Source: the human T2T-CHM13v2.0 reference genome, Homo sapiens. Taken from it: a stretch of 64,000 bases of DNA. A program made the position numbers and the translations under genes. The stretch is taken from NCBI RefSeq assembly GCF_009914755.1, contig NC_060925.1. One strand, written 5' to 3'. The notes under the pieces were generated by a model, which saw only the letters and a list, made by a program, of their open reading frames with translations, searched no databases and was not told where the DNA came from. Positions within the stretch are counted from its first letter, which is position 1. Each line of letters starts with the position of its first letter. Positions 50,876 through 63,120 of the stretch are shown here, one piece after another.

Positions 50876-53800
50876 TGTGACCTTTCAAGCCTCATCTTTC
50901 ACCACCACCAACAAAAACCTTATATTCCAGTTAGAAGACTGCTCACTGCTCTCTGAATAAATAGAAATGTACTTAAAAGAAAAAAAATAACTCTTTTAAT
51001 CCTAATATGTTATAGAAAATTTATAAAATTAAAGTGTAAAGAAAAATAGCCACAGGTAACATTATTGTGGATTAGAAAACTAATTTGAAATCATACAACC
51101 TTTTCTATGTCTTTTCAACTGGCAAGTCCTCTTCTAGAAATTTATTCTTAGAAAATCATTTGAAGTGTAGTGAAAGCATTAGGTACAAAAACGTTTTATA
51201 AGGCATTTATAATATGGAAAAAATAGAGCACATTCTTTCACTCATGCTACAAATACATATTGAGCACCTACTACGCACTAGACACTGTTGTAGGTACTGG
51301 GAAACTGCAATGAGCTAACAGAGGGAAAAAAAATCTTTATATTCATGGAGCACACATTCTAGCTTAACAATAAGGAAATGGTTAAGTAAATTATCAAATA
51401 TCCACATAATGGACTTCTTTGGGGCCATAAGAAATCAGATTTACAAAGAAATATTTCAATACATGGGAAAAAGACTAAATATTTGGTAAGAAAAGTTCAT
51501 TATATTAATGTTTATAAAACTACATCAATTTTGTTACCTGTGAATAGAAATAAAATTGGAAAAATATCCCTCAAATTACAGAAGTGGGTATCAATCCTGT
51601 GTACCTCTCCCCCTTGCTGATTAAACTGCAACCCTACTCAAGGGCATGTAAATTACTGGATTACAGTAGATGATTAATAAGTATTATTTTCATTAGTCAA
51701 AAGAGGGAAGCATGAAAGAAAAAAAGAACTCCATTTTCCTGTTTTTAGCCCTTGATTTAAAAAATTACATTTAAAAGCACTGTTCTAAGTAGGGAATAAA
51801 ACAAATAAGAGAAATTCACTCCCTGGCCTCACAGAGATTGCACTTTATTGGTGAACACAAACATTAAACACATAAATAAGGAATTTAATAGTTGTTAAGT
51901 ATAAATACTAGGAAGAAGTTGTATAGGTGTTCTCATCTCCCCATTAGAACAATAAAAGTATTTTATATCTTTATTCCCATTTTCATAAACTCATTCATCT
52001 CCTGACTTTATTCTTGTATTCAGTTCCTTCACTGATTTCTTTCTGCCGCAATTCTTTCACTGATTTCCAAATATGGGATAATTTTAAAGAAGCAATTGGT
52101 CATGACAAATACATTTAGTGAAGCAGGGAATACCTCTGATTTCCTTGAAAACACAATGACTAGTACTAGTGGCCTTAAATATAATGCATTAGTCATTTCA
52201 AAGTATCTGAAGGAACTGTATCAAAGGAGATGAGTGCTTGGGCAAAGCATGCTGCTCTACTTCCCTTTTCTGTAAAATTTATCCTGCTACCTTTTTCTTC
52301 CTAGAGTTCAAGTTACGAGTATGTGGAAACACCCTGCCTCACAAGCAAGAGAGGCTCCACCCTCTCTCTTGATTCAAGAGGCAAATGTTGAAAAACAAAA
52401 ATGAGTAATTCCCTTTCACTTCACTTCTGTCCTTGTAATAAACTCAAATGGATTAGGACTCAAGATCTGTCCTCTTGCAATTGGCCTGGATGCCCATATT
52501 TCAATACTGTTCTCTGTTCCACTAGCCAATTGGTTTGTAAGGCTGGCTGGAAACCTTAAGTCAGCTAGCTGGATACATATACTTGGAGTCTACTCCGAGA
52601 TTCCAAGTCAGAACCCAACTTTGCATTTAGGAGAAAATAATTGGAAATCTCCAGTTTGGCTCCAGGTTTAAGTCTTGATCTCTTTTAACAGAAAATCCGG
52701 TAATTTTGAACCTGATCTAGCTCTAGTATACTAGTTAAAACCCAGAAGCAAAGAGAAGAGGTTTGAACCTCACCTCCTTACAGCTCAAACAGGATGCAAT
52801 TATATCATAGTCCATAGATGGAAAGTATCAAAACTTCCAGGATCTATGGTACAAGGAATGAAGACTTTCATCAATGACATGTAGAGGCAGAAACAGGAAA
52901 GATTTGAAGTTCTCAAAGGACAGAAACACTGAAGCAGTATAAAGAACCTCAGCTGCGAAGACCAGCCAAGAAATATTCAGTTACTGAAGAATAAGAGCCA
53001 GGAACATTGACTTTTGTTGATGTTTTCTTTTTAAGTTAGTATTTAAATAGTCTAAATAGAGTCTGTTTTGAGATGGCAAACTAGACTCATTTACTTCCCT
53101 CCCACCTTCAAGCTCATGAGATGACAGACAATATAAGTTGTCAAAAATAAACCATAATAAACTGGAAAGTAGTAAGAGTAACATCAGCTGATTAGATATT
53201 TTAAAGAATTCCTGAAATCTAAGGATGAACAGAATAGGGTTAGATGGAGAGAAAAGAAAATGGAGAAACTACACTGCAGAATAAAATTAATGCACAGGTA
53301 AGAGCAATTACATAGAGAGTTAAAGCTGAAAATAAAAACTCAAGGAGTCAAGAGAGCTAATAGGGAAACTCAATGTACAGACTCCCAATTTTATTATTTT
53401 TGGTAGAAGACACAATTGCATAACTAAAAAAGTATAAAATAAACAAAAAGGAAACTACTAGAAACAAGGTAATTTGTTAAGGTAGCTGGTAACAAAGGTA
53501 ATTAATATTAATGAAGTAGGATATATAAACAAATGCCTTTCATATTTTTCAAGAAAAAGAAAGAAAAAAACATAGTAGAAAATATCCCGTCAACAGCTAC
53601 TAAAAAAATCTAGTAAGGAACGTAAGAAACAAGTAAAAAGTTTATAAAACTGGCCATCTCTCTTCTCTGAACTTATAAATCACATTGTAATCCAAAGAGG
53701 ACTGGACTTCAATTCTCCTTTCATCTGTAAATTTCAAATTATCCCAATGAAAATAACACTTTTTTAAGCAGACAAGTTGAGACTAACATTCATATGAAAA

Positions 53801-54350
53801 AACAAAAACTTCAACTTCTGTCAGTATGGAAGATCAGATACATTGAATTACTTTCCTATATATCATAAATGTGAGAAACTGTTAAAATAACCATTTAAAT
53901 ACATTTCTGAGTGAGATGAAAGAAACTGGCATGGCATCAAAATTAAGTGCATCTAAGAATACTAATGGATATCCAGGCATCATAGCTGGCCTTCACTCTG
54001 ATGCTTTCTGCCAAACTTTGGAGACTTTGAATTTTCCCTCTGGTGACCATAAAACTGGTAAAGACAGGAAATAAAGGTTAGACAAGATAGAAGGCGGAAA
54101 TCTAACACGGGACCATATACAAAAACTGTGTCCTAAAACTAAGTGGATTTACAATAGTTACAGGATACAAGGTCCATATTAAAAAAAAATCAACTGCATG
54201 TCTATACACTAGTAAATGATAAATGTTCCATGTGTACTGAACAAGAAACAAGTAGTCATCAGTGATTCAGTATAATGTTCTATGTCAATTATGTTGAGGT
54301 TGTTCATATCCTTTATCCATTACTGATTCTTGTCTACTTGTTCTATTGGC

Positions 54351-54598
54351 TAACAGGAACAGAAAACCAAACACTGCATGTTCTCACTTATAAGTGGGAG
54401 CTGAAAAATGAGAACACATGGACTCAGGGAGGGGAACAACACACAGTGAGGCCTATGGGGTGGGGAGGTGGGGGCAGGCCGGGAGAGGGAGACCAGCAGG
54501 ATAAACAGCTAATGCATGTGGAGCTTAATCACCTAGGTGATGGGTTGACTGGAGCAGCAAACCATCATAGCACGTTTACCTATGTAACAAACCTACAG
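54351..54598 (+). mobile_element. Old L1PA (PA10-13-like) 3'UTR fragment without poly(A)
   Basis: gaaaaccaaacactgcatgttctcacttataagtgggagctg...tatgtaacaaacctaca, then an abrupt switch. Confidence 0.75.
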
Positions 54599-56030
54599 AT
54601 ATTTCATATAAATGGAATCATACAATATGTGGCTTTTTGTTCTGACTTCTTTCACTCACCATGTTTTCAAGGCTCATTCATATTGTAGCATGTATCAGTA
54701 CTTCTTCATTCCTGTGTGGCTAGATAATATTCCATCATACAGATATACCACATTTTGTTTATGCATTCATCAGTTGATGGACATTTGAAGTGTTTCCACT
54801 TCCTAGCTATTATGATTAAGGGTGCTATGAACATTCATATACAAGTTTTTGTGTGTACCTACATTTTCAATTCTCTTGCGTTTGTACACATCTCGGAGTA
54901 GAATTGCTGGATCATATGGTAATTCTATGTTTAACATTTTGAGGAACTCTCTAATTTCTTTACAAAGTGGTTACACTATTTTACATTCTACCAGCAATGC
55001 ATAAGCTTTCCAATTTCCCTATATCTTCATCAATACTTGTTACTGTCTTGCCTATTACAGCCATCTCAGTGGGTGAGAAGGGGTATCTCACTGTAGTTTT
55101 GACTTGCATTTCTCTAATGACCAGTGATGTTGAGCATCTTTTCATGTACATATTGTCCATATGTATAACTTCTTTGGAGAAACAGCTATCCAAATCACTC
55201 ATCAATTTTTAAATTAGGTTGTGCTTTTATTGCTGAGTTGCAGAGTTCTTTTAACACAGACACTGGGCCCTCATCAGATACATGATTTGCAAATATTTTC
55301 TCCCACCCTGTGAGTTGTCTTTTTCCTTCCCTGATGGTGTTTTTTGGAGGCACAAAAGTTTTAAACTCTGATGAAATCTTATTTTTTGTTTTTTCTTTGA
55401 TGCCTGAGATTTCGTGTCATATTTAAGAACCATTGCCTAAGCCAAGGTCACAAAAATTTACACCTATGTTTCCTTCTAAGAGTTTCATAGTTTTATCTGT
55501 TACATTTATGTCTATGATCTATATTGAGTTAATTTTTGAATATGGTATGAAGTAGAGTCCAACTTCATTCTTTCACATGTGGATATCCAGTTGCCCCACA
55601 CTGTTGGAAAAAAAACTGTTTTACCTCCTTGGTTTCAGCACCCTTGTCAAAAACCAATAGTCCATAAATGTAAAAATTTATTTATGGACTTTCAATTCTT
55701 TTCTCTTGATTTATATATGAGCCTTATGCCAGTACCACACAACCTTGATTACCATTGCTTTGTAGTAAGTTTTGAAATCAGGAAGTGTGAGTCCTCCAAC
55801 TTTGCTCTTTTTCAAAATTGTTTTGGCTATTCTGGAACTCTCAAATTTCTACATAAATTTTAAAATCAGCTTGTCCATTTCTACCAGAAAGGTACCTTGA
55901 ATTTTTATAGGGATTGCACTGTATCTGTAGATCAATTTGGGTAATACTGCCATCTTAAAAATATTGTCTTCAAATCCATGAATATGCAATGTCTTTTCGT
56001 TTGCCTAGGTCTTCTTTTAGCAATATCTTC
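54599..56030 (-). mobile_element. L1MB-like ORF2 tail and 3' region
   Basis: ORF track peptide MKRCSTSLVIREMQVKTTVRY and L1 antisense motifs. Confidence 0.8.
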
Positions 56031-57141
56031 TGGTTTTTGCCTTCATTTAAAGATACTGCTGCCGGGCATAAAGTCTTAGATTGATGGCTTTTCTTCTTTC
56101 AGTAGTTTTAAAATGCCATTTTTCCATTATCTTCAACTTCTATCATTTCTGTTAGAAGTGAGCTGTCTTACTGCTTTCTGGAAATTACATGTCCTTTTTC
56201 TGCTAGGTATTAACAAATTTTTTATCTTTGGTTTTCAGAAGTTTTACTGATTATGTGTCTGGGTGTAATTTTCATATTTATCCTGTCATGGAGTCTTAAG
56301 AACTGATTTGATTGCAACTGAGTTTCTGTCTTACAATGGCAGACTCGTTTCCATTTGTCTTTACACCTAAAGGTGATAGGCCTTCAAGGATCGAAACTGA
56401 ATACCTAGGATACTTAACAGAGCCCTACTCTTTACTGAAACCTGAACTCCAAGTTATGTTTTTCCTGCCTATGAGATTTCTAGCTGTTCTGCTACTGCCT
56501 AGGTAATGGCAACTGCCTGAAAGAGAAAGGTAGGGCTGAATGTTGGGAGTTTACCTCTCTGATTTCATAGTTCTTATACCTTCAAACAGATAAATTTATA
56601 CTTTAGTCAAGGTTTTCTAGTTGTTTTCAGCAGAACAGCTGGTGTAATATAAGCAAAAGTGTCATAATCAGAATCAGAAGCTCCACATAAATTATTTAAT
56701 AGTTCAAATTTCTCAAAATATTCCACTGGATTTTGATTGACATTTCATAGAATTTATAGATTAGGGAGAACTGACATCGTTACAAATATGTTGTACTATC
56801 TTTGAATAGGGTGTATCTGGTTTTCAAGTCTTTTGAATAATACTGTAACAGAGTTTAAAATTTATTCCATGTAGATCTTATGCATTGTTAGGTTAATTCC
56901 CAGATCCTAGAGACATGATTGTTTTTGCTATTGTGAATGACATCTTGTATCATCATCTCTTCTAGTTAATTATTTTGAATACAGAGGAATTCTACTGATT
57001 TTTGTAAGATGATCCCTTAACTGAAAATACTCAATTATCTTATTAACAAAATTTTTATCTATTGCATCTATACATTTTTATGTGTAGGTGGTCTATTAAT
57101 ACTTAAAGATTTATCTCTTCCTGTCCAATCCTGCTAACTGA

Positions 57142-57276
<135 letters not shown>

Positions 57277-57321
57277 TGAGTAGCTGGGACTACAGGCACG
57301 CACCACCAAGCCTAGCTAATA

Positions 57322-59518
57322 ATTTTTTTTATTATGCTTTAAGTTCTATGGTACATGTGCACAACGTGCAGGTTTGTTACATATGTATACATGTGCCATG
57401 TTGATGTGCTGCACCCGTTAACTCGTCATTTACATTAGGTATATCTCCTAATGCTATCCCTCCTCCCTCCCCCCACCCCACGACAGGCCCCAGTGCGTGA
57501 TGTTCCCCACCCTGTGTCCAAGCGTTCTCGTTGTTTAATTCCCACCTATGAGTGAGAACATGCGGTGTTGTTTTCTGTCCTTGCAATAATTTGCTCAGAA
57601 TAATGGTTTCCAGCTTCATCCACGTCCCTACAAAGGACATGAACTCATCCTTTTTATGGCTGCATAGTATTCCATGGTGTATATGTGCCACATTTTCTTA
57701 ATCCAATCTATCATTCATGGACATTTGGGTTGGCTCCAAGTCTTTGCTATTGTGAATAGTGCCACAATAAACATATGTGTGCATGTGTCTTTATAGCAGC
57801 ATGATTTATAATCCTTTGAGTATATGCCCAGTAATGGGATGGCTGGGTCAAATGGTATTTCTAGTTCTAGATACCTGAGGAATTGCCACACTGTCTTCCA
57901 CAATGATTGAACTAGTTTACAGTCCCACCAACAGTGTAAAAGCGTTCCTATTTCTCCACATCCTCTCCAGCACCTGTTGTTTCCTGACTTTTTAATGATT
58001 GCCATTCTAACTGGTGTGAGATGGTATCCCATTGTGGTTTTGATTTGCATTTCTCTGATGGCCAGTGATGATGAGCATTTTTTCATGTGTCTGTTGGCTG
58101 CATAAATGTCTTCTTTTGAGAAGTGTCTGTTCATATCCTTTGCCCACTTTTTGATGGGGTTGTTTGATTTTTTCTTGTAAATTTGTTTGAGTTCTTTGTA
58201 GATTCTGGATATTAGCCCTTTGTCAGATGAGTAGATTGCAAAAATTTTCTCCCATTCTGTAGGCTGCCTTTCACTCTGATGATAGTTTCTTTTGCCATAC
58301 AGAAGCTCTTTAGTTTAATTAGATCCCATTTGTCAATTTTGGCTTTTGTTGCCATTGCTTTTCGTGTTTTAGTCATGAAGTCCTTGCCCATGCCATGGCC
58401 TCAATGGTATTGCCTAGGTTTTCTTCTAGGGTTTTTATGGTTTTAGGTCTAAAATTTAAGTCTTTAATCCATCTTGAATTAATTTTTGTATAAGATGTAA
58501 GGAAGGGATCCAGTTTCAGCTTTTTACATATGGCTAGCCGGTTTTCCCAGCACCATTTATTAAATAGGGAATCCTTCCCCCATTTCTTGTTTTTGTCCGG
58601 TTTGTCAAAGATCAGATTGTAGATGTGTGGTATTATTTCTAGGGGCTCTATTCTGTTCCATTGGTCTGTATCTCTGTTTTGGTACCAGTACCATGCTGTT
58701 TTGGTTACTGTAGCCTTGTGTATAGTTTGAAGTCAGGCAGCGTGATGCCTGCAGCTTTGTCCGTCCAGCTTTGTTCCGTTGCTGGCAAGGAGCTGCGTTC
58801 CTTTGGAGGAGAAGAGGTGCTCTGATTTTTAGAATTTTCAGCTCTTCTGCTCTGGTTTCTCCCCATCTTTGTGGTTTTATCTACCTTTGGTCTTTGATGA
58901 TGGTGATGTACAGATGGGGTTTTGGTGTGGATGTCCTTTCTGTTTGTTAGTCTTCCTTCTAACAGTCAGGACCCTCAGCCGCAGGTCTGCTGGAGTTTGC
59001 TGGAGGTCCACTCCAGACCATTTGCCTAGGTATCACCAGCAGAGGCTGCAGAACAGCAAATATTGCAGAACGGCTAATATTGCTGTCTGATCCTTCTTCT
59101 GGAAGCTTCGTCTCAGAGGGAAACCCGGCTGTATGAGGTGTCAGTCGGCCCCTACTGGGAGGTGTCTCCCAGTTAGGCTACTCGTGTGTCAGGGACCCAC
59201 TTGAGGAGGCAGTCTGTCCATTCTCAGATCTCAAACTCCTTGCTGGGAGAAGCACTACTCCCTTCAAAGCTACTCAAGCCTCAGCAATGGCGGACACGCC
59301 TCCCCGAGCCTCTCTGCCACCTTGCAGTTCGATCTCAGACTGCTGTGCTAGCAGTGAGCGAGGCTCCATGGGCGTGGGACCCTCCGAGCCAGGTGCGGGA
59401 TATGATGTCCTGGTGTGCCATGTGCTCAGTTGGAAATGCAGAAATCACCTGTCTTCTGCGTCACTCACGCTGGGAGCTGCAGACTGGAGCTGTTCCTATT
59501 CGGCCATCTTAGAACCGC
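57322..59518 (-). mobile_element. L1PA5/6-like element with both termini, two 5'UTR segments missing and a large ORF1-ORF2 internal deletion
   Basis: 5' end gcggttctaagatggccgaataggaacagctcc at 59518. ORF1 ATG at 58864-58866. Jump to ORF2 at 58760. ORF2 tail and 3'UTR run to the poly(A) at ~57325. Confidence 0.92.
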
Positions 59519-59607
59519 TATTTTTTTATTTTTATTTTTATTTTAGTAGAGATGTTACAGAATTTCACCACGTTGGCCAGGATGGTCTCAATCTCCTGAC
59601 CTTGTGA
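59287..59607 (+). CDS. L1 ORF0-derived 106-aa chimeric ORF (ORF0 N-terminus, then L1 5' end, then Alu); expression unknown
   Basis: [39 protein letters not shown] resembles L1 ORF0p ([36 protein letters not shown]). Strong Kozak context gcaATGg. Confidence 0.4.
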   Translation: MADTPPRASLPPCSSISDCCASSERGSMGVGPSEPGAGYDVLVCHVLSWKCRNHLSSASLTLGAADWSCSYSAILEPLFFYFYFYFSRDVTEFHHVGQDGLNLLTL

Positions 59608-59981
59608 TCCGCCCCCCTTGGCCTCCCAAAGTGCTAGGATTACAGGCATGAGCCACCACGCCCGGCCTCTATTTCTTTTCTTAATGGACTATCTAGGACC
59701 TCCAGTAACATATAAAGCTGTAATAGTGTTAACCATCTTTGTCCTGTTCCTGATCTTAGACAGAATGCATCTAAAGTTTCTCCATAAAAGGTTTGCTTTA
59801 GGTTATTGGCATAAATCCTTTATCAAGTTAAGGATATTCCCCTTTATTCCTATTTTCTGAGTTCTTGTAACATATACCTATCAAAGTTATGTTTTTCCTT
59901 TATTGAAATAATCATGTGATTTTCCTCCCAAGACCCCAACAATTTTTAAATATCCTATTAACCCTTTCAAAGAGCCATTTT

Positions 59982-60290
59982 GGGCCAGGCACGGTGGCTC
60001 ACGCCTGTAATCACAGAATTTTGGAGGCTGAGGTGGGCAGATCACCTGAGGTCAGGAGTTTGAGATCAGCCTGGTCAACATGGTGAAACCCCATCTCTAC
60101 TAAAAATACAAAAATTAGCCAGGCGTGGTGGCGGACCCCTGTAATCCCAGCTACTCAGGAGGCTGAGGCAGGAGAATCACTTGAACCTAGGAGGTGGAAG
60201 TTGCAGTTAGCCGAGATCACACTGCTGCACTCCTGCCTGGGTGACAGGACGAGACTCTGTCTCAATTTTAAATAAATAAATACATAAATA
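59982..60290 (+). mobile_element. AluSx-like with (TAAA)n tail
   Basis: Full Alu. Confidence 0.9.
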
Positions 60291-60384
60291 AGCTAGAAAA
60301 GAATGTGTAGTCTCTGCAGCATGTAGAATTCTCTATTTATCTTTTAGGTTCAGCAAGATAACATGTCCTTAAAATATTTTTTTA

Positions 60385-62703
60385 TGTTGTTCAAGTGGCA
60401 ACAGTGGTGGAGGTGGGTTCCAGGAACCAGGTATTAGGACTGGACATGGCATCTTCAGGCTCAGGGTATCTGCGGTTTCAGTAAATCCAGGATCCAGAGC
60501 CCAAAGAGTGGGTCTGGCCACCTTTTCTGCCTTACGGTGCTGACTAATACCCCAATTTCACACCCTGCAGATAAACTGTTGAGTCTCCATAATGCCAACA
60601 TGAGCTATGCAAATTAACTAGTGGAAACTTTCCTGGATAGATCCAAGCTGCCTCAGAGAGTACAGTTTGTTAAGAAAATGGGTCTGCCCAAAAAATGCTG
60701 ATCCAGGAACAGTGGCCAAAATGTCTAACAATTAAAAAGACATCATCAACAGAGTTCATGTAGCTCTTCCTGAACATCTGGGGCCATGAAAACCATTTCT
60801 GACCAGGTGTACATTTAGACCAATAAGAACACCAATGTGGAGATGTCTGCTGAAAACTGCTCACCTATTGTGCAGTGTGGAGATGGCTGTATGTAGGCTT
60901 TCCTTCTCAAACCTAGAATTTCTGAACCAAGAAAAGCCTGTTCTCTCTCAGGTAGCCTCTATGACTCCCACGTAGCCTGAAGACCCTATTCTATCCACCA
61001 CGTGAGCACCATTTCAATATGGCTCTCAGCTCCCATGTGACGGAGGCAGACAGACATTCCCAAGTTCAAAATTTGTAAGCCTCACTACACGCCTTCCTAC
61101 AAAGATGACAAGCACTACAGCAATGGTTATCACAGCAGGCTTGCCCAACCCGTGGCCCACAGGCCGCATGTGGCCCAGAACGGCTTTGAATATGACCCAA
61201 CACAAATACGTAAACTTTCTTAAAACAGTATGAGATTTTGTGATTTTTTTTTTTTTTTAGCTCATTAGCTATCGTTAGTGTTAGTGTATTTTATCTGTGG
61301 CCCAAGACAATTCTTTTTCCAATGTGGCCCAAGGAAGCCAAAAGATTGGACACCTCTGTTTTACAGTAAACCTTCAAGTGTAGAGATCATGGCTGATATT
61401 TACAAGAATGGTCCAGCAGATGGAGCCTTCTCTGTGTATGCTGATTTCCAGCAATCAAAGTCTGAAGGGTCCAACATGACACCAAAGAAATAAGGAGAAC
61501 CTACACCATCTGCAGCCTGGTCTGGGAGAATGAAGACTGCCACCCCCTACTGGCTGACTGTCAATTCCTAGAAAACTGACTAGGGTGACAATGCCTTCTT
61601 CGAATTCTCTCAGAAAAAGGCCACTATGGAATCAAATCAGAAATCCTGGTTAGAAATCTCACACACTGATCAGTACTAGAAAAAGTTTTAGTATGTAGTC
61701 TGTCCAGCCAGTCCTGCAAAAGTTTTTTCTTAAATATGGCGAGTTGAGTATTTTTTTAAATATGGCAAGTTGAATATAGCAAGTGGGGATGGGTGAGAAG
61801 TCCTTTTATTCTTTTAGTTCAGATATAATTCAAGAGTTTAGACAATGGCTAATGTGCTTCAGGGCCTGAAGAACTGGACTAAACCAAACTTTTGTGTATA
61901 CTATTTGAATTATGTTTTGGGGGTTAGATAGAGTTCCCTAACAAAGGAAATAACTCCAAACCTGGCTACCTCTCAGCCTCCTTGAGGGCTGATTTTCACC
62001 GCTGACAAGGCAAAGTGAACCCTTTTAATTTCCTAATAAGGACTTTCACACAGACTAGCATTCTACGCAATGCTTGCTGCTCCAACTCCTACTCCAACCA
62101 ACCTCCCAACCAGAGCATCTCCAGAGAGTAAAACTCTGTGAGAACCTAAATGGTTTGATTTCAGGTTTTCCAAAAGAATTGCTAGTGGAATTCCTAACAA
62201 GGAGGATTTAAATTCCTATATATAATCAGTATCTCTTGGCAAGTACTTTCTTTCTAGATTTGGAATAAGTTAACAGGAGAGATGGTAAGTAGCTTTTTAA
62301 ATGAAGAAAGCCACTTTCTCCTGGGGTCCCTGAATCAGCTGAGTCTTCCTGTGTTGTATATATACCCTCTCTGTTCTTTTCTGTAGCATAATTCTTTTAA
62401 TAGAAGCTTTATTTTCTATGTACCTCAGGTGATTCTGTGAATGAACATTTCTAACACTTGTTAGAGCTGCAACTCTGCTAGTTGCAGACTATATATCCCA
62501 ACAGACTAGCCTAAAACAAAACTGGGTGGTCCCTACTGGATATAGATTTGACTGAATGACAGACTGACCTCTAATCCCTTGGGGAAACTAATTTGGGAGA
62601 AACCAGCTTTTGCTGTTTTTAAAAATCACTACTTTACCAATCATCTTAACGTGGAATTGGAATAACTGTGCCATTAAAAGTTTCTCCCTTCAAAAAAAAC
62701 AAA
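60385..62703 (+). pseudogene. Processed pseudogene (retrocopy) of cathepsin B: 5'UTR, decayed CDS, 3'UTR and poly(A); interrupted by MER30
   Basis: Intronless, collinear CTSB-like peptides: EQWPKCLTIK, QQSSCSSS*TSGAMKTISD (cf. DQGSCGSCWAFGAVEAISD), YKDDKHY, EIMADIYKNGPADGAFSVYADF (cf. [22 protein letters not shown]), HYGIKSE, HTDQY*KKF* (stop 61689-61691). The 3'UTR resembles CTSB (ggagaaaccagctttt...ctgtgccattaaaagttt), with ATTAAA at 62673 and an A-tail at 62692-62703. The 5' boundary is approximate. Confidence 0.93.
61136..61358 (-). mobile_element. MER30 (hAT-Charlie MITE) inserted into the CTSB retrocopy
   Basis: caggcttgcccaacccgtggccc...ggaagccaaaagattggacacctctg. Degenerate 8-bp TSD tatcacag/ttttacag. 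CTSB homology resumes on both sides. Confidence 0.85.
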
Positions 62704-63120
62704 TACCTCTATGTCTTGATTTTTTATCTGCTTATCAATTTATGATATAGGAATATTAAAAGTGCTAATCTTAAACTATTCAAAGTTTTTGTATTTCCTC
62801 ATACAAGTTCCATCTATCAAGTGTTAGTGTATATATTTTAAAAATAATTTGTAAGACATATGTTCCATAATTATTAAACCTTCTTTTTAAATTATCTTAT
62901 ACCATTTATAATTGATCATAACATACCTACATACAACTACAAAACAAATTATGTTTATACAATGATAAAGTGAACAACATATAACTAAAACTCAGATCAA
63001 GAAATAGAACATGCAATAACACAGAACCCTGCCCCTACAGCCCTACCCGATCACAACCCCCACCTTTCCAATGGAGTTAACCATGATCCCGACTTTTGTG
63101 ACAGAGGCATATCATATAAG

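Noticed and set aside
58745-58780. ORF1-ORF2 junction as a third splice event
   Set aside because: In the recalled consensus ORF1 continues AGAATGAC with no GT, so template switching or deletion fits better.
61278-61493. 71-aa ORF with a cathepsin B motif as a functional protease
   Set aside because: It is a MER30/pseudogene chimera with a GTG start, and catalytic residues are lost elsewhere in the retrocopy.
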